A stretch of 64,000 nt of DNA from a virus. Lineage: Duplodnaviria > Caudoviricetes. Each line of letters begins with the position of its first letter. Positions within the stretch are counted from its first letter, which is position 1. This document shows, in pieces, positions 8,931 to 18,282 of the stretch. Both the position numbers and the translations under genes were made by a program. Location: IMG/VR virus record IMGVR_UViG_3300047375_000738; one strand, given 5' to 3'. The notes beneath the pieces are model-generated. The model was not told the DNA's origin. It worked only from the letters and a program-made list of their open reading frames with translations, and searched no databases.

Positions 8931-10240
8931 GCAGCCTCCTCGTAGTGCGCTGTCATGCCGAATGGCGCCTCAAGGTTCTTATCGTGGTGTGAATGAATTA
9001 CAAACACTGTTTCACACCAGTCTGGGTCACCCCAACTATCCCATGCGTATCCATCTGTAAACATAATAAAACGCTTGGGTTGAATACCATGCTCTTTCAT
9101 ATAGTTCCAGTTAGCATCAAAGTCAGTACCGCCACCGCCTTTAATTTCGTATTCGGTAATTTCACGTCCATCGTCGCCTGCAAAATCATCTTCGTTGTAT
9201 ACACTTGTATCAAAGCACCAGATCTTAATTTTATAATCTTTAAACTGATCCATGATGCCTTTTACTTCACCTAAAAAGTCTGCGGCTTGTGCATTACCAA
9301 TTGATCCACTCATATCAATTGCAACACAAATATCAATAGTTTCGTCAAAATTCATACCTGGAAGAATAGCACCAGTATGCCAACCTTTGCGTGATGGGCG
9401 ACTAAATGTATAATCGCTTTTAATTGTGCTTTGAATCTGTTGTTGAATAAGTTCACGCCAGTTCATTTTAGGTTCAGTTAGTTCTTTGATCAAACGCTGT
9501 ACACCTACTGGTGTATTTCCAGCACCTGCACTTTGAGATGCTTGAATCATTGCTTCTTTAATTTCATCTTTAATAGCTTCACGTTCGGCTTTGCTATATG
9601 TTGGACGACCTTTGCCTTCTCCTTCGTCGCCGTCGTCACCTTCGCCTTCCCAGTCAATATGTTCGTCTAGCATTTCGCCTAGTTGCTTTAGGTATTCTTC
9701 ACCGTTCTGTTTAGCTTCTTCATACAAGTCGTCGTACACTGCTTCACTAGCCCAACCACGGTATTTAAAGTCTTGAAAGCAATTTACAATACTTGGGATA
9801 GTTCCAATTCGATCATCTACTAACAAGTTATTAACAATATAGTCACATGCAATATTATATAGTCGAGGATCACGATCTTCTCTACGTGTTAAATGATCAA
9901 ATACCATATGTAGAATTTCGTGTGCAAGAACAAACTCAATTTCTTTATTGTTCATTGCATTAAAGAACTGTACATTGTAGAATAAGTTACGACCGTCTAC
10001 AGCGGCAGTAGGAAGCCAATCAGCACGTTGAACTTTCAAACGTGTTGCCATATTACCAAAGAAAGGGTGTCGTAATAGCAGTCCGATACGAGCAGTAATA
10101 ATACGTTCGTATACATCGACATTCATTTCGTCCAACTGTTCATCTGTTAGATCGGGATCAGGTTGCCATGTACGTAATTCAGATGCTGTCTTTTCTGTCG
10201 ACATCTTCATTGCAACATAATGTGGTAAAAAGTCTAACAT
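8927..10240 (-). CDS. HExxH metallopeptidase-like plus vWA domain protein (MoxR partner, DUF2201-like)
   Basis: LAHEILH; MIDAS-like AIDMSGSI, GGGGTDF, MFTDG. Confidence 0.85.
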   Translation of the reverse strand: MLDFLPHYVAMKMSTEKTASELRTWQPDPDLTDEQLDEMNVDVYERIITARIGLLLRHPFFGNMATRLKVQRADWLPTAAVDGRNLFYNVQFFNAMNNKEIEFVLAHEILHMVFDHLTRREDRDPRLYNIACDYIVNNLLVDDRIGTIPSIVNCFQDFKYRGWASEAVYDDLYEEAKQNGEEYLKQLGEMLDEHIDWEGEGDDGDEGEGKGRPTYSKAEREAIKDEIKEAMIQASQSAGAGNTPVGVQRLIKELTEPKMNWRELIQQQIQSTIKSDYTFSRPSRKGWHTGAILPGMNFDETIDICVAIDMSGSIGNAQAADFLGEVKGIMDQFKDYKIKIWCFDTSVYNEDDFAGDDGREITEYEIKGGGGTDFDANWNYMKEHGIQPKRFIMFTDGYAWDSWGDPDWCETVFVIHSHHDKNLEAPFGMTAHYEEAA

Positions 10241-10269
10241 GCGTATTCTCCTTCAGTGCCTATATACTT

Positions 10270-10298
10270 ATAATACACTTCTATTTACGTTTTGTCAA
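10270..10298 (-). promoter_or_regulatory. sigma70-type promoter TTGACA-N17-TATTAT
   Basis: Read directly upstream of the vWA gene; AAGGAG SD follows. Confidence 0.85.
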
Positions 10299-10331
10299 GA
10301 GAAAAGTTGGGCGAGATTGACCCGCCCAACT
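10298..10331 (-). terminator. Intrinsic terminator after the MoxR gene
   Basis: 9-bp stem AGTTGGGCG/CGCCCAACT (10305-10313, 10323-10331) followed on minus by TTTCTCTT. Confidence 0.7.
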
Positions 10332-10341
10332 GTATGGCGTC

Positions 10342-11424
10342 TTATGCACTCTGTGCAGCCTTGATGTATTTGCCATAACGGTCATGAAATTCATCAAAAC
10401 ATGCAATTGCGTCTGGATCAATTGGCAGTGAGTATTGCGTAAGAGCTAATTTGATACCCATAACAACTAATTCAGTTTCAAAGTTATCCATTGCAAAGCG
10501 TAAAAAGTTGTTGACTTTATCATCAAACTTTTTATCATTTTTGTCACATGCTTCTTTAAGCTCATAACAAAGACTTACAGTCAAGGAATACTTGGCACTG
10601 ATTTCTTGTGTCTGTAATTCTTTTACTTTGCCGGATAAAATATCGCTTGGATTAGGCATACTAGATGCAATCTTGCGATGCGCCATAAATTTAATTCCAA
10701 GTCCTTCTCCAACAGAACCAGCAACTAGATCTGTTGTAGTAGACTCATCATCATCGTCTTCAAGTAGTTCTGATACAAATGTCCATGAGCGAGGAGAAGC
10801 AAATGAACGACTAGAACTACGTGGATCAAAATCATACAAATCGCCTTTGGCAAAAGTTAAGTAGCCAACAACGTCTTTGTGGATATTGTTTGCAACTGAC
10901 CATTCAAACCAGTCGTCAAAATTGACAGCTAATTCTAAGTGAACGAATCGGTTAGCAAGTGGAGCAGGCATACGATATGTCACGCCTTTGTCTGCTTCAC
11001 GGTTACCTGCGGCAACAATAACTACATTGTCCGGTAACTTATATTCACCAATACGACGATTAAGTGTCAACTGGTACGCAGCCGCTTGTACTGCTGGTGC
11101 CGCAGAATTCATTTCATCTAAGAACAATGTAATATGATCATACTTAGATGCCATTTCTTCATCTGGCAATTCCATAGGTGGTGCCCACACCATTTTACCT
11201 TGTGTTGAATCAAAGTAAGGAATGCCTTTAATATCTGTTGGTTCCCAAAGAGATAGTCGAATATCAATCAAATGACTGTTAGGAAAGCTATCGTTTACTT
11301 GCCCTACGATATCTGACTTACCAATACCTGGAGGACCCCAAATAAAGATAGGACGTTTTTTGCGCATTGCCCGGCGCAAACTTGCTTTTGCCTTGTTTGG
11401 CGAAACTGTTCTTAAATCTGACAT
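10342..11424 (-). CDS. MoxR-family AAA+ ATPase
   Basis: Walker A GPPGIGKS, Walker B LFLDEMN, AAGNR, PAPLANRF. Confidence 0.9.
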   Translation of the reverse strand: MSDLRTVSPNKAKASLRRAMRKKRPIFIWGPPGIGKSDIVGQVNDSFPNSHLIDIRLSLWEPTDIKGIPYFDSTQGKMVWAPPMELPDEEMASKYDHITLFLDEMNSAAPAVQAAAYQLTLNRRIGEYKLPDNVVIVAAGNREADKGVTYRMPAPLANRFVHLELAVNFDDWFEWSVANNIHKDVVGYLTFAKGDLYDFDPRSSSRSFASPRSWTFVSELLEDDDDESTTTDLVAGSVGEGLGIKFMAHRKIASSMPNPSDILSGKVKELQTQEISAKYSLTVSLCYELKEACDKNDKKFDDKVNNFLRFAMDNFETELVVMGIKLALTQYSLPIDPDAIACFDEFHDRYGKYIKAAQSA

Positions 11425-11461
11425 GCTGTATTCCTCTCATGTTTATCAGTGCCTATAAACT

Positions 11462-11490
11462 AATATAACATTGGAATGGTTGCTTGTCAA
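11462..11490 (-). promoter_or_regulatory. sigma70-type promoter TTGACA-N17-TATATT
   Basis: Upstream of the MoxR gene. Confidence 0.85.
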
Positions 11491-11879
11491 CCTTTACTTG
11501 GTAAGTTTTCTGATCTTTTCATGGCTTTTGTTATACCGTACTTACGAAGATCGCCACTGAACAGTGTAAGTTCAACTGCTTTTTTCTCGTTGGTTACGTG
11601 TATAGCAGTGTTATCAAGGTAATACGGACAGTCAATAAACTGATCTAAAAATATAATTACCTGTGTGGTGATTGGCATATCTGGTGGATACAGTATTCTA
11701 TATGTTGCTAGATCAATTTTAGAAAGCATATCAAACCCTTCTTCGGTTAAACGAAGTCCGCCGACTTCCTTTTCTCTAGTGTTCTTCCACCATGTTGGAA
11801 AGTACTGAGCTATGTTCTCTTTACTAATTGCCAGGTTAAGTTGTTTTAAAAAAAGTTTTGTATATACTGTCTTATTCAT
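11487..11879 (-). CDS. Hypothetical protein
   Basis: 130-aa ORF overlapping the upstream stop. Confidence 0.75.
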   Translation of the reverse strand: MNKTVYTKLFLKQLNLAISKENIAQYFPTWWKNTREKEVGGLRLTEEGFDMLSKIDLATYRILYPPDMPITTQVIIFLDQFIDCPYYLDNTAIHVTNEKKAVELTLFSGDLRKYGITKAMKRSENLPSKG

Positions 11880-12162
11880 CTGTAACTTTTTCGCCTGCTG
11901 TTAATTTAAATACAGCAAAGTCGTTAGTCTTAAACATTATGTTTAGTTTTTTAGAAAGATTAATTGCATGTCCTGGATTTGAAAAACTTGTTTTCTTATA
12001 CTTAGGTCCGGGATAATTTGTTAATTTGTTTTGTGACTTTAAGTTAAATGGTTTGTCTTTATAGAATACCGCCCAGATAGCTTCAGCATCGAGCACTTGC
12101 TCACTCTTGTAAGTTTTACCGTCTACAAATTCCATTAATATATTTGGTGCTGGTCTACTCAT
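11872..12162 (-). CDS. Hypothetical protein
   Basis: 96 aa, upstream GATAAATA motif and hairpin. Confidence 0.8.
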   Translation of the reverse strand: MSRPAPNILMEFVDGKTYKSEQVLDAEAIWAVFYKDKPFNLKSQNKLTNYPGPKYKKTSFSNPGHAINLSKKLNIMFKTNDFAVFKLTAGEKVTDE

Positions 12163-12198
12163 ATGCGTATCCTTTAGTTATATACGCATATATTTATC
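12161..12198 (-). promoter_or_regulatory. GATAAATA motif plus 10-bp inverted repeat covering the start codon
   Basis: atatgcgtat (12161-12170) pairs with atacgcatat (12182-12191); tatttatc at 12191-12198. Confidence 0.7.
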
Positions 12199-12209
12199 AT
12201 TTTAAATGT

Positions 12210-12455
12210 CTATTTCCATTCGCCACCACCGCCTATTTCTACTTTTATGATGTCATCTGACGCCCCACTAGCATTTTCTTTTACAAATTTTTCTAAGTCT
12301 CCGTGTATACGAGACATAACAATACCAAGTGCAAATGCTAGATTTTTTGCTTGTGCAATATCCATACGAACTTCTTTGGCACGACTGTTTTCAGCAGCCT
12401 GAACTTGTTTGATAAACTGTTGTAATGGAGCAGTATTAAGTGGTTCGTTTGACAT
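12210..12455 (-). CDS. Hypothetical protein
   Basis: 81-aa ORF. Confidence 0.75.
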   Translation of the reverse strand: MSNEPLNTAPLQQFIKQVQAAENSRAKEVRMDIAQAKNLAFALGIVMSRIHGDLEKFVKENASGASDDIIKVEIGGGGEWK

Positions 12456-12909
12456 TGCTTAGAGCCAGTTTCATTTCAATTTCAGTCTTATAAGGACCCA
12501 TATATTCATTGCGCTCAACTGTAACTTGCTTTGGACAAAAACTTTTAAGCCAGTTTACGTTAAACTTAATTAGATAATAACCAGCACAATACACACTACG
12601 ACTCTTTTCACTTTTTGTAAACAACGGAAGTTTGTTTTGTATATCAAACATACTGTTGTATGGTGTTGTGCGTGTAGGAAATCCATGCACTGAAAAGTCT
12701 TTTTGCTCTTCAGGTGCAATAACTTTTGCAGTTAAAAAACTAGGCCCAAACTTTTTAGTTAGATCTGATGCATCGGAGTGAAAGGTAATTTTACCTTTGT
12801 TACTAAAAATGAAACCTTCGTCGTTTTTACTAATTGTGCCAACTTTTTCTCCGGCTTCTTCGACAATCCAAAACTTATCCTCTAAGATTGGTTTAGCATT
12901 AATTGTCAT
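12436..12909 (-). CDS. Hypothetical protein
   Basis: 157-aa ORF coupled to the exonuclease gene. Confidence 0.8.
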   Translation of the reverse strand: MTINAKPILEDKFWIVEEAGEKVGTISKNDEGFIFSNKGKITFHSDASDLTKKFGPSFLTAKVIAPEEQKDFSVHGFPTRTTPYNSMFDIQNKLPLFTKSEKSRSVYCAGYYLIKFNVNWLKSFCPKQVTVERNEYMGPYKTEIEMKLALSNVKRTT

Positions 12910-13894
12910 TTATATACCTCGCTTGTAATGGTGTTGCATAAGATGCTGCCTGGTCTGCAATACGTTGCATATCCCACTTAGCACAGAATTTCATAAGACG
13001 CATGCCTACTTGTTGTACTTCTTTAGGCTTTGCATTTTCTTCAATAGTACTATTAATTATCTCTCTAATATCTGCAGGTTGTGCAGTCAAGTCACATAGT
13101 ACAACATTGCGGTTGTAGTCATCTAGTACACGATGTTCTTCGCCATTATGATCAGTCCAGCGTTGCAACATCATATTGTTCCAGTTGTAACCTTTAGTGT
13201 CTTTGTCTGCAAATGCTTCAATAAGACCTACTTTGTTCTTAGTGCCTTTCTTGCGTACACCGGGGTAAGCACTAAACACGTTGTCACTAGTATCGCCACG
13301 CATACACTTTTCAAACAACATAAAGTCGGGCTCGGGTGCAGGCTTAGGCTCTTTAGTCTTCTTGTCAATAACAGGCTCACGCTTCTTATCGTCAAAGTAT
13401 CCTTCGTGTGTAATAATAGTATTGCTAACACCGTTGTACTGTTGTACATTAGGTGCAATAAGTTGTGCAAAGTCGCCGTCAGTACTAATAATAACATGAT
13501 TGTCATTAGGGTGTGCTTGCACCCAACCAGCAATTAAGTCATCTGCTTCTAGTTGCGGATGACGCATTACTGTACAGTTAGTTTTGTCTGTAATAAATGT
13601 TTTAAATTCGTCAAAGCACTCCCAAAAGATTGTATCTTCTTCTTGCTGTGCAGGAGTTAGTGCATCGCGAGCAACTTTTCTGTTGCGCTTGTAAGGCTCA
13701 TAATAGTCCTTGCGCCAGCTACGACCTTCTAAACAAAACACAACATGATCTGCATCAAAGTCTTGCCATGCTTTCTTAACACCTGACAATGTAATATGGA
13801 AGGCCATACCGACCTTAGTGTCAATATCGCCACGTACTACATGCCTTGCACGAAAGAAAGTGTTAGCAGTGTCTACTAGAATATAAGTTGCCAT
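12899..13894 (-). CDS. 5'-3' exonuclease / T4 RNase H-like flap endonuclease
   Basis: ILVDTANTFFR, EADDLI, STDGDFAQL, GDTSDNV motifs. Confidence 0.9.
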   Translation of the reverse strand: MATYILVDTANTFFRARHVVRGDIDTKVGMAFHITLSGVKKAWQDFDADHVVFCLEGRSWRKDYYEPYKRNRKVARDALTPAQQEEDTIFWECFDEFKTFITDKTNCTVMRHPQLEADDLIAGWVQAHPNDNHVIISTDGDFAQLIAPNVQQYNGVSNTIITHEGYFDDKKREPVIDKKTKEPKPAPEPDFMLFEKCMRGDTSDNVFSAYPGVRKKGTKNKVGLIEAFADKDTKGYNWNNMMLQRWTDHNGEEHRVLDDYNRNVVLCDLTAQPADIREIINSTIEENAKPKEVQQVGMRLMKFCAKWDMQRIADQAASYATPLQARYINDN

Positions 13895-13915
13895 TAGTTT
13901 GCCTATTGTTGTTTA

Positions 13916-13945
13916 TATATACGATTATATACGATTATATACGAT
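13916..13945. repeat. Three perfect tandem copies of TATATACGAT
   Basis: 13916-13925, 13926-13935, 13936-13945; a fourth copy at 38741-38750. Confidence 0.95.
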
Positions 13946-13952
13946 TTGTCAA
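13924..13952 (-). promoter_or_regulatory. sigma70-type promoter TTGACA-N17-TATAAT
   Basis: Perfect consensus upstream of the exonuclease gene. Confidence 0.9.
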
Positions 13953-13955
13953 GCA

Positions 13956-14336
13956 TTAACTTACTTCGCTTTTGCCTTTATCAATTGGCACTACATTAAT
14001 GTAACCAGTGTTTACTTTAGAATCAACTGCTTCTTCTTGTAGCATGTTATACACAATGTCACGGAACCATCTATCAACAATTTCTTCTTCGGGATCTGAT
14101 TCTTCTCCGTATCCGTTTTGTATTAGTTCTTGAATAAAGTATTTGTTCCAATCAAGCTCAAAGAACCCATTACGGATATTGTCTCCGTTGACTTGCATAT
14201 CAAGTACATTTACCCAAGGTTCCTTCTTACGTGTTGCATATTCTTTTGGATCACGTACTTTAATAACTTCTAGTTCTTTTTGTTCCTTAGCAGTAACGCC
14301 TGTTAAGTCTCTTACTTTTTTACTCCACCATCCCAT
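13956..14336 (-). CDS. Hypothetical protein
   Basis: 126-aa ORF. Confidence 0.8.
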   Translation of the reverse strand: MGWWSKKVRDLTGVTAKEQKELEVIKVRDPKEYATRKKEPWVNVLDMQVNGDNIRNGFFELDWNKYFIQELIQNGYGEESDPEEEIVDRWFRDIVYNMLQEEAVDSKVNTGYINVVPIDKGKSEVS

Positions 14337-14414
14337 TATAGACCTGCCTTTCTAAGTGCGTCTTGATCGATAGGCGCCTTCATAGCCTTTTCGTGTTGTG
14401 CATTTTTATATTGT

Positions 14415-15308
14415 CTAAGTTCCCCAGGCATTTCCGAATAAGCTGATATGGAGTCTTGGGGTAAATCGCCATCCTTCTGCCATACACGCTTCAGCCACGT
14501 CTTTAACGTTGAGGGTGTATTCTTCACTGCGTCCGCCCATTGGCATAAGATATACCGGACATTCCACCCCGGCACTTCTGTAAGCGTCCACAGCTCTTTT
14601 AACTTCTTCAAAGTCGTCTTCAGTAGCCACAACAAACTTAAGATAAAGTTCGCTATCAGTAACGCACTGATACTCACTAGCAACATCAGGCTTGATAGCA
14701 GTTTCCCAAGGTTCTCCTGAGACACTAAGTTTTGGGGAACAACTCCAAGTGACTGTAAGTCTGTCGCTGTTGTTGAGATAGTTGTAGAGATCGTCGTGTA
14801 AATGTTGTGTAGTGTTTGTTTCAAATGTGATGTTCCTTAAATCCTGCATACGTGGATGTTCAAACAGCTCTACGTAAAGCCGTTGCCACGCTAACAACGG
14901 TTCACCGCCTGTCATGATCAAGTGTACATCTTGACCATTGTCCTGTACCCACTTACCATTAGGAGTAAGTGAAAGTAAATGCTCAACTACTTCGTCCACA
15001 GTTGCTTGTCGATTAAAGTGTTTAAACTCTGGATAGATACTTGCATATGTATCGCAACCTGTGTGTATAATAGGCAAGTCTGTAAATTCTTTAGTTGTTT
15101 CATGTACACCTGCGTCAAGTAATCCTTGTACTTCGGCATTGTGAATAATGCCTGCTTTTTGTTTTACATCACGCATTGGCTCGTTCTTTAAGCCAAAGTT
15201 CATACAACGAAAGTTACAACCGAAGGTGCGTAGGAATACACTGGGTACTCCTACAAACTTGCCTTCGCCTTGTACGCTATAAAAAGCTTCTGAATATCTA
15301 AGTTTCAT
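14415..15308 (-). CDS. queE: 7-carboxy-7-deazaguanine synthase (radical SAM)
   Basis: YSEAFYSVQGEG, FLRTFGCNFRC...GCDT, TGGEPL, FETN, SPKL, YLMP, TPRLH; start set at the TAATG overlap with folE. Confidence 0.9.
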   Translation of the reverse strand: MKLRYSEAFYSVQGEGKFVGVPSVFLRTFGCNFRCMNFGLKNEPMRDVKQKAGIIHNAEVQGLLDAGVHETTKEFTDLPIIHTGCDTYASIYPEFKHFNRQATVDEVVEHLLSLTPNGKWVQDNGQDVHLIMTGGEPLLAWQRLYVELFEHPRMQDLRNITFETNTTQHLHDDLYNYLNNSDRLTVTWSCSPKLSVSGEPWETAIKPDVASEYQCVTDSELYLKFVVATEDDFEEVKRAVDAYRSAGVECPVYLMPMGGRSEEYTLNVKDVAEACMAEGWRFTPRLHISLFGNAWGT

Positions 15309-15991
15309 TAGCAACTAAACTCCTGTTGTAGTTTAATGTTATCAAAGAACTCTTTCTTTGTACCTGCATCATCTTTAAATGCGCCACGTAGTACTGTAGT
15401 TTGTGTTAAACTACTATGTGCCATAATACCGCGATTCTCACAACAACCGTGTGTTGCTTGAATATAAACACCTAAATGTTCTGCACCAGTTGCGGCTTGG
15501 ATCTCACGTGCAATATCATTTGCAAGTTCTTCCTGTAGTGTGCCACGACGTGAACACCATTGTGCAATACGTGTGTACTTGCTTAGACCAATTAACTTAT
15601 CAGCGGCAATAATACCAATGTATGCAATACCTGCTACTGGCTGGTGATGATGCGAACACATACTTTTAAGTTCACTGCGTACTACTAACATACCTTCATA
15701 GCGATCATCGCTATCATTAGGAAATGCTGTTGCACTTGGCGCTGGATCATAACGTCCTGCCATAATTTCATTAAAGTACATTTTAGCAAGACGTCTTGCT
15801 GTGCCTTGTGAGTTAGGATCGTTATGACGATCAATCAATAGTGCATCTAGTACACCTTCAAATGCTGTAGTAGCATTATCAATAAGTTCTTCTTTATCAC
15901 CATTTTGTAATACTTGTGAAATATTGTCGCCTGCCCAGTGACGAATGCCTAGTTCATCTAGGCGGGCTTTTAGTTGTTCTGCTTTGCTCAT
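15308..15991 (-). CDS. folE: GTP cyclohydrolase I
   Basis: TARRLAKMY, SMCSHHHQP, GLSKYTRI, QEEL, HGCCENRG. Confidence 0.95.
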   Translation of the reverse strand: MSKAEQLKARLDELGIRHWAGDNISQVLQNGDKEELIDNATTAFEGVLDALLIDRHNDPNSQGTARRLAKMYFNEIMAGRYDPAPSATAFPNDSDDRYEGMLVVRSELKSMCSHHHQPVAGIAYIGIIAADKLIGLSKYTRIAQWCSRRGTLQEELANDIAREIQAATGAEHLGVYIQATHGCCENRGIMAHSSLTQTTVLRGAFKDDAGTKKEFFDNIKLQQEFSC

Positions 15992-16030
15992 TTTTTCTCC
16001 GAGTTATAGACGTGGATGTCTATATAGTTT

Positions 16031-16059
16031 ATAGTAACATTATTTAGATCTTTTGTCAA
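16031..16059 (-). promoter_or_regulatory. sigma70-type promoter TTGACA-N17-TACTAT
   Basis: Upstream of folE. Confidence 0.85.
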
Positions 16060-16256
16060 CTAAAATGTTCATTTAACATTTCAATACGATCTGTTGCGGC
16101 AGCCATTTTATCAAGTTCTTCTTGAATAGCTTCAACAATATCGCTATGCTCACCGATACCAACACTTTGATGCATATACACCAAGATGTTTGTTTTTGCT
16201 CTTTCGAGCTCTCCTTCGGCATGCATACGAGCTGCCTTTACTAGTTGTTCACGCAT
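16056..16256 (-). CDS. Hypothetical protein
   Basis: 66 aa coupled to the upstream ORF. Confidence 0.75.
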   Translation of the reverse strand: MREQLVKAARMHAEGELERAKTNILVYMHQSVGIGEHSDIVEAIQEELDKMAAATDRIEMLNEHFS

Positions 16257-16491
16257 TGTTTTCTCCTTTTAATGCTTTTATAGTTTGTTGTTTCTCTCTG
16301 TCTCTTACAAAGAGATCTTCACCAGCATACGTACTACATTTATCTAATGCATCTTCGATATGCCATAGTAACTCATACAAGTCTTTTTTACAACCCCAAG
16401 TAACAAATCCGTCCATTCGAGGATCGCTTTCAGCAAAACTAATTTTGTTTACGCCTTGTTTTAGGTCACTTAGACTCCAGTCAACTATCAT
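16249..16491 (-). CDS. Hypothetical protein
   Basis: Start reassigned to the ATGA overlap with the PRTase stop (MIVDWSL...). Confidence 0.7.
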   Translation of the reverse strand: MIVDWSLSDLKQGVNKISFAESDPRMDGFVTWGCKKDLYELLWHIEDALDKCSTYAGEDLFVRDREKQQTIKALKGENNA

Positions 16492-17006
16492 TCGTCGTAT
16501 TCCCAAGGAAACACAATCCAAGTATCTTCTTCGCTAGTGTCAATTTCTTTCCAATAATAATCAACACCGTCAAATTTTGTATGTGTCTTTTCACACATGG
16601 TAGCAAAGCGAACATTGTCATTCCAAACATCATTCCAGCCTTCGCTATTGGGCAAGCAACCGCTTTGCCAATCTTCTCTAATCCATTTGAACGTAGCACC
16701 TGTATCGTTAATGTCATCTACAATTAGTATTTGCTTTCGCATTTTAGGTTTGCATTGTCCATCGTGATATCCAAAAGCATCTTCGGCCATCCAGCAGTTT
16801 GATTCTTGTGTAGCATTGTCACGCAAACGCACATCTAGCGCATAATGATTACAGTTGAGCAGATGACTAAGCATTACACTAATTGGTAATCCACCTCTAT
16901 TCAATCCAACAATATAATCGGGCTTCCAGCCATCTTTATACATTTTTAACGCAATATTAGTTGCAGCCGTATTAACGTCTTGCCAACTATAGTATGTTTT
17001 TACCAT
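16488..17006 (-). CDS. Type I phosphoribosyltransferase, xanthine/guanine PRTase (Gpt)-like
   Basis: IVGLNRGGLP, PRPP-binding ILIVDDINDTGATF, WIVFPWE. Confidence 0.85.
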   Translation of the reverse strand: MVKTYYSWQDVNTAATNIALKMYKDGWKPDYIVGLNRGGLPISVMLSHLLNCNHYALDVRLRDNATQESNCWMAEDAFGYHDGQCKPKMRKQILIVDDINDTGATFKWIREDWQSGCLPNSEGWNDVWNDNVRFATMCEKTHTKFDGVDYYWKEIDTSEEDTWIVFPWEYDE

Positions 17007-17008
17007 TT

Positions 17009-17191
17009 TTAATACTCTACTTTTTGTTGTAAATATTGTATTTCGACGTGTTTTGCATTTATTTCGTCATTAAACCCATCTTCTAATCTATATGACACGC
17101 CTTGTTTATACAATTTAATATTTAATTTATTCATATTGTTTACTAAAGTGTTTAGTTCTTTAACCATTTGTTCTACTTTTGGATCTTTCAT
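17009..17191 (-). CDS. Hypothetical protein
   Basis: Start at the TAATG overlap with the metK stop. Confidence 0.7.
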   Translation of the reverse strand: MKDPKVEQMVKELNTLVNNMNKLNIKLYKQGVSYRLEDGFNDEINAKHVEIQYLQQKVEY

Positions 17192-18282
17192 TACCAACCG
17201 AGCCTTTCCCAAGGAACATCTTTATTACCAAAGTGTCCGTATGTACAGTTCTTACTATAGTTATTATACTTGAATAAATCGAATCTGTCAATGATTCCTT
17301 TTGGAGTCAAGTCAATCTCACGTTCAATAAACTTTGCAATACTAGCATTGTGTCCATTCGAATCAACATAAATGCTTGTAGGTTCTTTAACACCAATAGC
17401 ATAGCTCAACTGGATATTGCACCAGTCTGCCATATTGTCTGCTACTACATTCTTGGCGAGCCATCGTGCCATGTAGGCGGCACTTCTGTCGACTTTTGTT
17501 GGATCTTTGCCACTAAACGCACCGCCACCATGAGGAGCAAAACCCCCATAAGTATCAACAATAATTTTCCGCCCAGTAACACCTGCATCACCGTCAGGAC
17601 CACCAATAACGAAATTTCCAGTAGGGTTAAGATGCCATGTAGTTCTTTCATCAACTAAGTCTCCTAATTCTTCCATTGCGGCAAGTTTACAAAGATGTCT
17701 TGCTTCTTCTACGTTGCCTTCTGTGTGCTGTGTACTTATCACAACTTGATCAATACGTTTGATCACACCGTCACGTCTAGCACCATAGTACTCGACGCTT
17801 ACCTGACTTTTAGCATCTGGTCCTAGTATAGCACCACGTTTGCCTTTTAAGTTCTTTAGTATCTCATGACTGTAATGAATAGGTGCTGGCATCATACTGT
17901 CTGTATGATTACAAGCATAGCCAAACATCAAGCCTTGATCGCCTGCACCAAAGTCGTCTGTACCTAGTGCAATATCACCACTTTGTGAGTGAATCTCATT
18001 ATAGATACGCAAATTATCCCAATGAAACCCTTCTTGTTCATAACCAATCTCTTTAACTTTGTCACGCACGATTTGTTTAACTTTGTCCTTAGTGACATTA
18101 AAGTTTTTTACTTCGCCCGCTAACGTTACATGGTTAGTGGTTACAAGTGTTTCAATGGCAACACGAGAAGTTTCGTCTCCATTAGCAAGCCCGGCATCCA
18201 CTAGTGCATCAGATATTTGATCTGCTACTTTATCGGGGTGTCCGTCACTAACACTTTCGCTTGTAAAGATATAGTTGTTCAT
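17191..18282 (-). CDS. metK: S-adenosylmethionine synthetase
   Basis: FTSESVSDGHPDK, GAGDQG, GGPDGDAGVTGRKIIVDTYGG, GGGAFSGKDPTKVDRS. Confidence 0.97.
   Translation of the reverse strand: MNNYIFTSESVSDGHPDKVADQISDALVDAGLANGDETSRVAIETLVTTNHVTLAGEVKNFNVTKDKVKQIVRDKVKEIGYEQEGFHWDNLRIYNEIHSQSGDIALGTDDFGAGDQGLMFGYACNHTDSMMPAPIHYSHEILKNLKGKRGAILGPDAKSQVSVEYYGARRDGVIKRIDQVVISTQHTEGNVEEARHLCKLAAMEELGDLVDERTTWHLNPTGNFVIGGPDGDAGVTGRKIIVDTYGGFAPHGGGAFSGKDPTKVDRSAAYMARWLAKNVVADNMADWCNIQLSYAIGVKEPTSIYVDSNGHNASIAKFIEREIDLTPKGIIDRFDLFKYNNYSKNCTYGHFGNKDVPWERLGW

Noticed and set aside
14336-14824. 162-aa minus ORF overlapping queE
   Set aside because: Out-of-frame overlap with a conserved enzyme. Only its last ~30 codons (TAATG-coupled to the next gene) might be a real microprotein; unsupported
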